64,000 nucleotides of DNA from Vicugna vicugna (taxonomy: Eukaryota): contig MU058667.1 in NCBI GenBank assembly GCA_013265495.1, positions 372,001-436,000 on the forward strand, written 5' to 3'. How positions within the stretch are numbered: the stretch's first letter is position 1; every line of letters starts with the position of its first letter. Below are positions 63,111 through 64,000 of the stretch, piece after piece. The notes beneath the pieces are model-generated. The model saw only the letters and a list, made by a program, of their open reading frames with translations. It was not told the DNA's origin and did not search any database. The translations under genes were made by a program, and so were the position numbers.

Positions 63111-64000
63111 TATAGTGATAACGATTATTATTTATTAATCTCATTTGGTGTTAAGCTTTGTAATAGGTTGACAACTTTAAAAGTTCTTTAAGGATGAGCA
63201 ATGCACCTGAATGCACTGCTCATTTACACAGAACAATTACAGCTGGAAAGATCTGTCAAGATCACCTAGTATGAGCTTCAGATTTCTCACCCCCAAAGTG
63301 GGAATGATAAACCTGTCCTACACGATTGGAGTCATGTGTTATCTTTCTTGCACAGACCACAGCTATACTGCATTGTCTACGATTTCCAGTATAGATTCCA
63401 AAGTAGACTAAGATCCTAAGGGCACTTGAAAATCAATCAAAACTTATCATCCTTCTGGATTTTTATGATTTTCTCCTGCATTTTTAACAGATGTCTCTTC
63501 CACATTTTTCCCCCAAGTCTTCCCTAAGTCTTTAACTTAGTTTCCATAGAAACAAAAGCTCTCTTCCTTTTCACACCGGAAGTGTACAGTTTTAAATAGA
63601 ATTTAATGAAATGATTTAATCACAATAATAAGTATCACCAGAAAGAAACAGATGTAGATATGGACAAACTGATTCTTGGTATCACACAACCCAACTGGCA
63701 CATACAGAGAGAGCAGATATACTGAGAGCGGCCTACCAGCTGCAGGCATCTGGGTGACCTGGACATCAGTTTGTTTATTTTGCAGGAAATAGAGAGCACC
63801 AGCACACCAGCTAAACCAACAAGTCGGTTAAGCAATGGTCTGTAAAAGAGCTTCTACTGTACTTGCAGATTCCATCATGCACCATCCTTTCTCATGGTCT
63901 GGGTGTTCATATTGTTTTCTCTTTGTCAGGAAGGTCCTTCTCATCTCCCTCTACCTCTCCCCTCCTTTTTATTTTCCAGGCTAATGCTTACTTTTCCTCA

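Overview
Mammalian genomic DNA, repeat-rich, intergenic or intronic in character. I can support no host protein-coding gene or RNA gene. Cetartiodactyl-type L1 3' ends and the absence of recognisable Alu, B1/B2, BovB/Bov-tA, PRE-1 or CHR SINEs suggest a camelid (inference). The dominant structure is an ~11 kb minus-strand ERV1-class (MER4-group-like, non-autonomous) element at 13044-24013. It is arranged LTR-internal-LTR-internal-LTR, with integrase-tail and env-TM remnants, a shared deletion of R/U5/PBS, a nested antisense LTR, an L1 at the same site in both units, and a patchwork of identical and diverged blocks next to a 222-N gap. Other notable structures are a double-tailed L1 with a 497-aa uninterrupted ORF2 C-terminus inside a solo LTR (50101-53695), an L1 insertion truncated at both ends with a fold-back hairpin (62442-62841), an exact 24-bp CRE-like repeat (1620/3641) and candidate CTCF sites. 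The rest is old L1, L2, MIR, MaLR and hAT MITE debris. Repeat family names are from my recollection of consensus sequences, not database hits, and old-repeat boundaries are approximate. I found no evidence for a new coding system; the findings concern transposon architecture and candidate regulatory elements.
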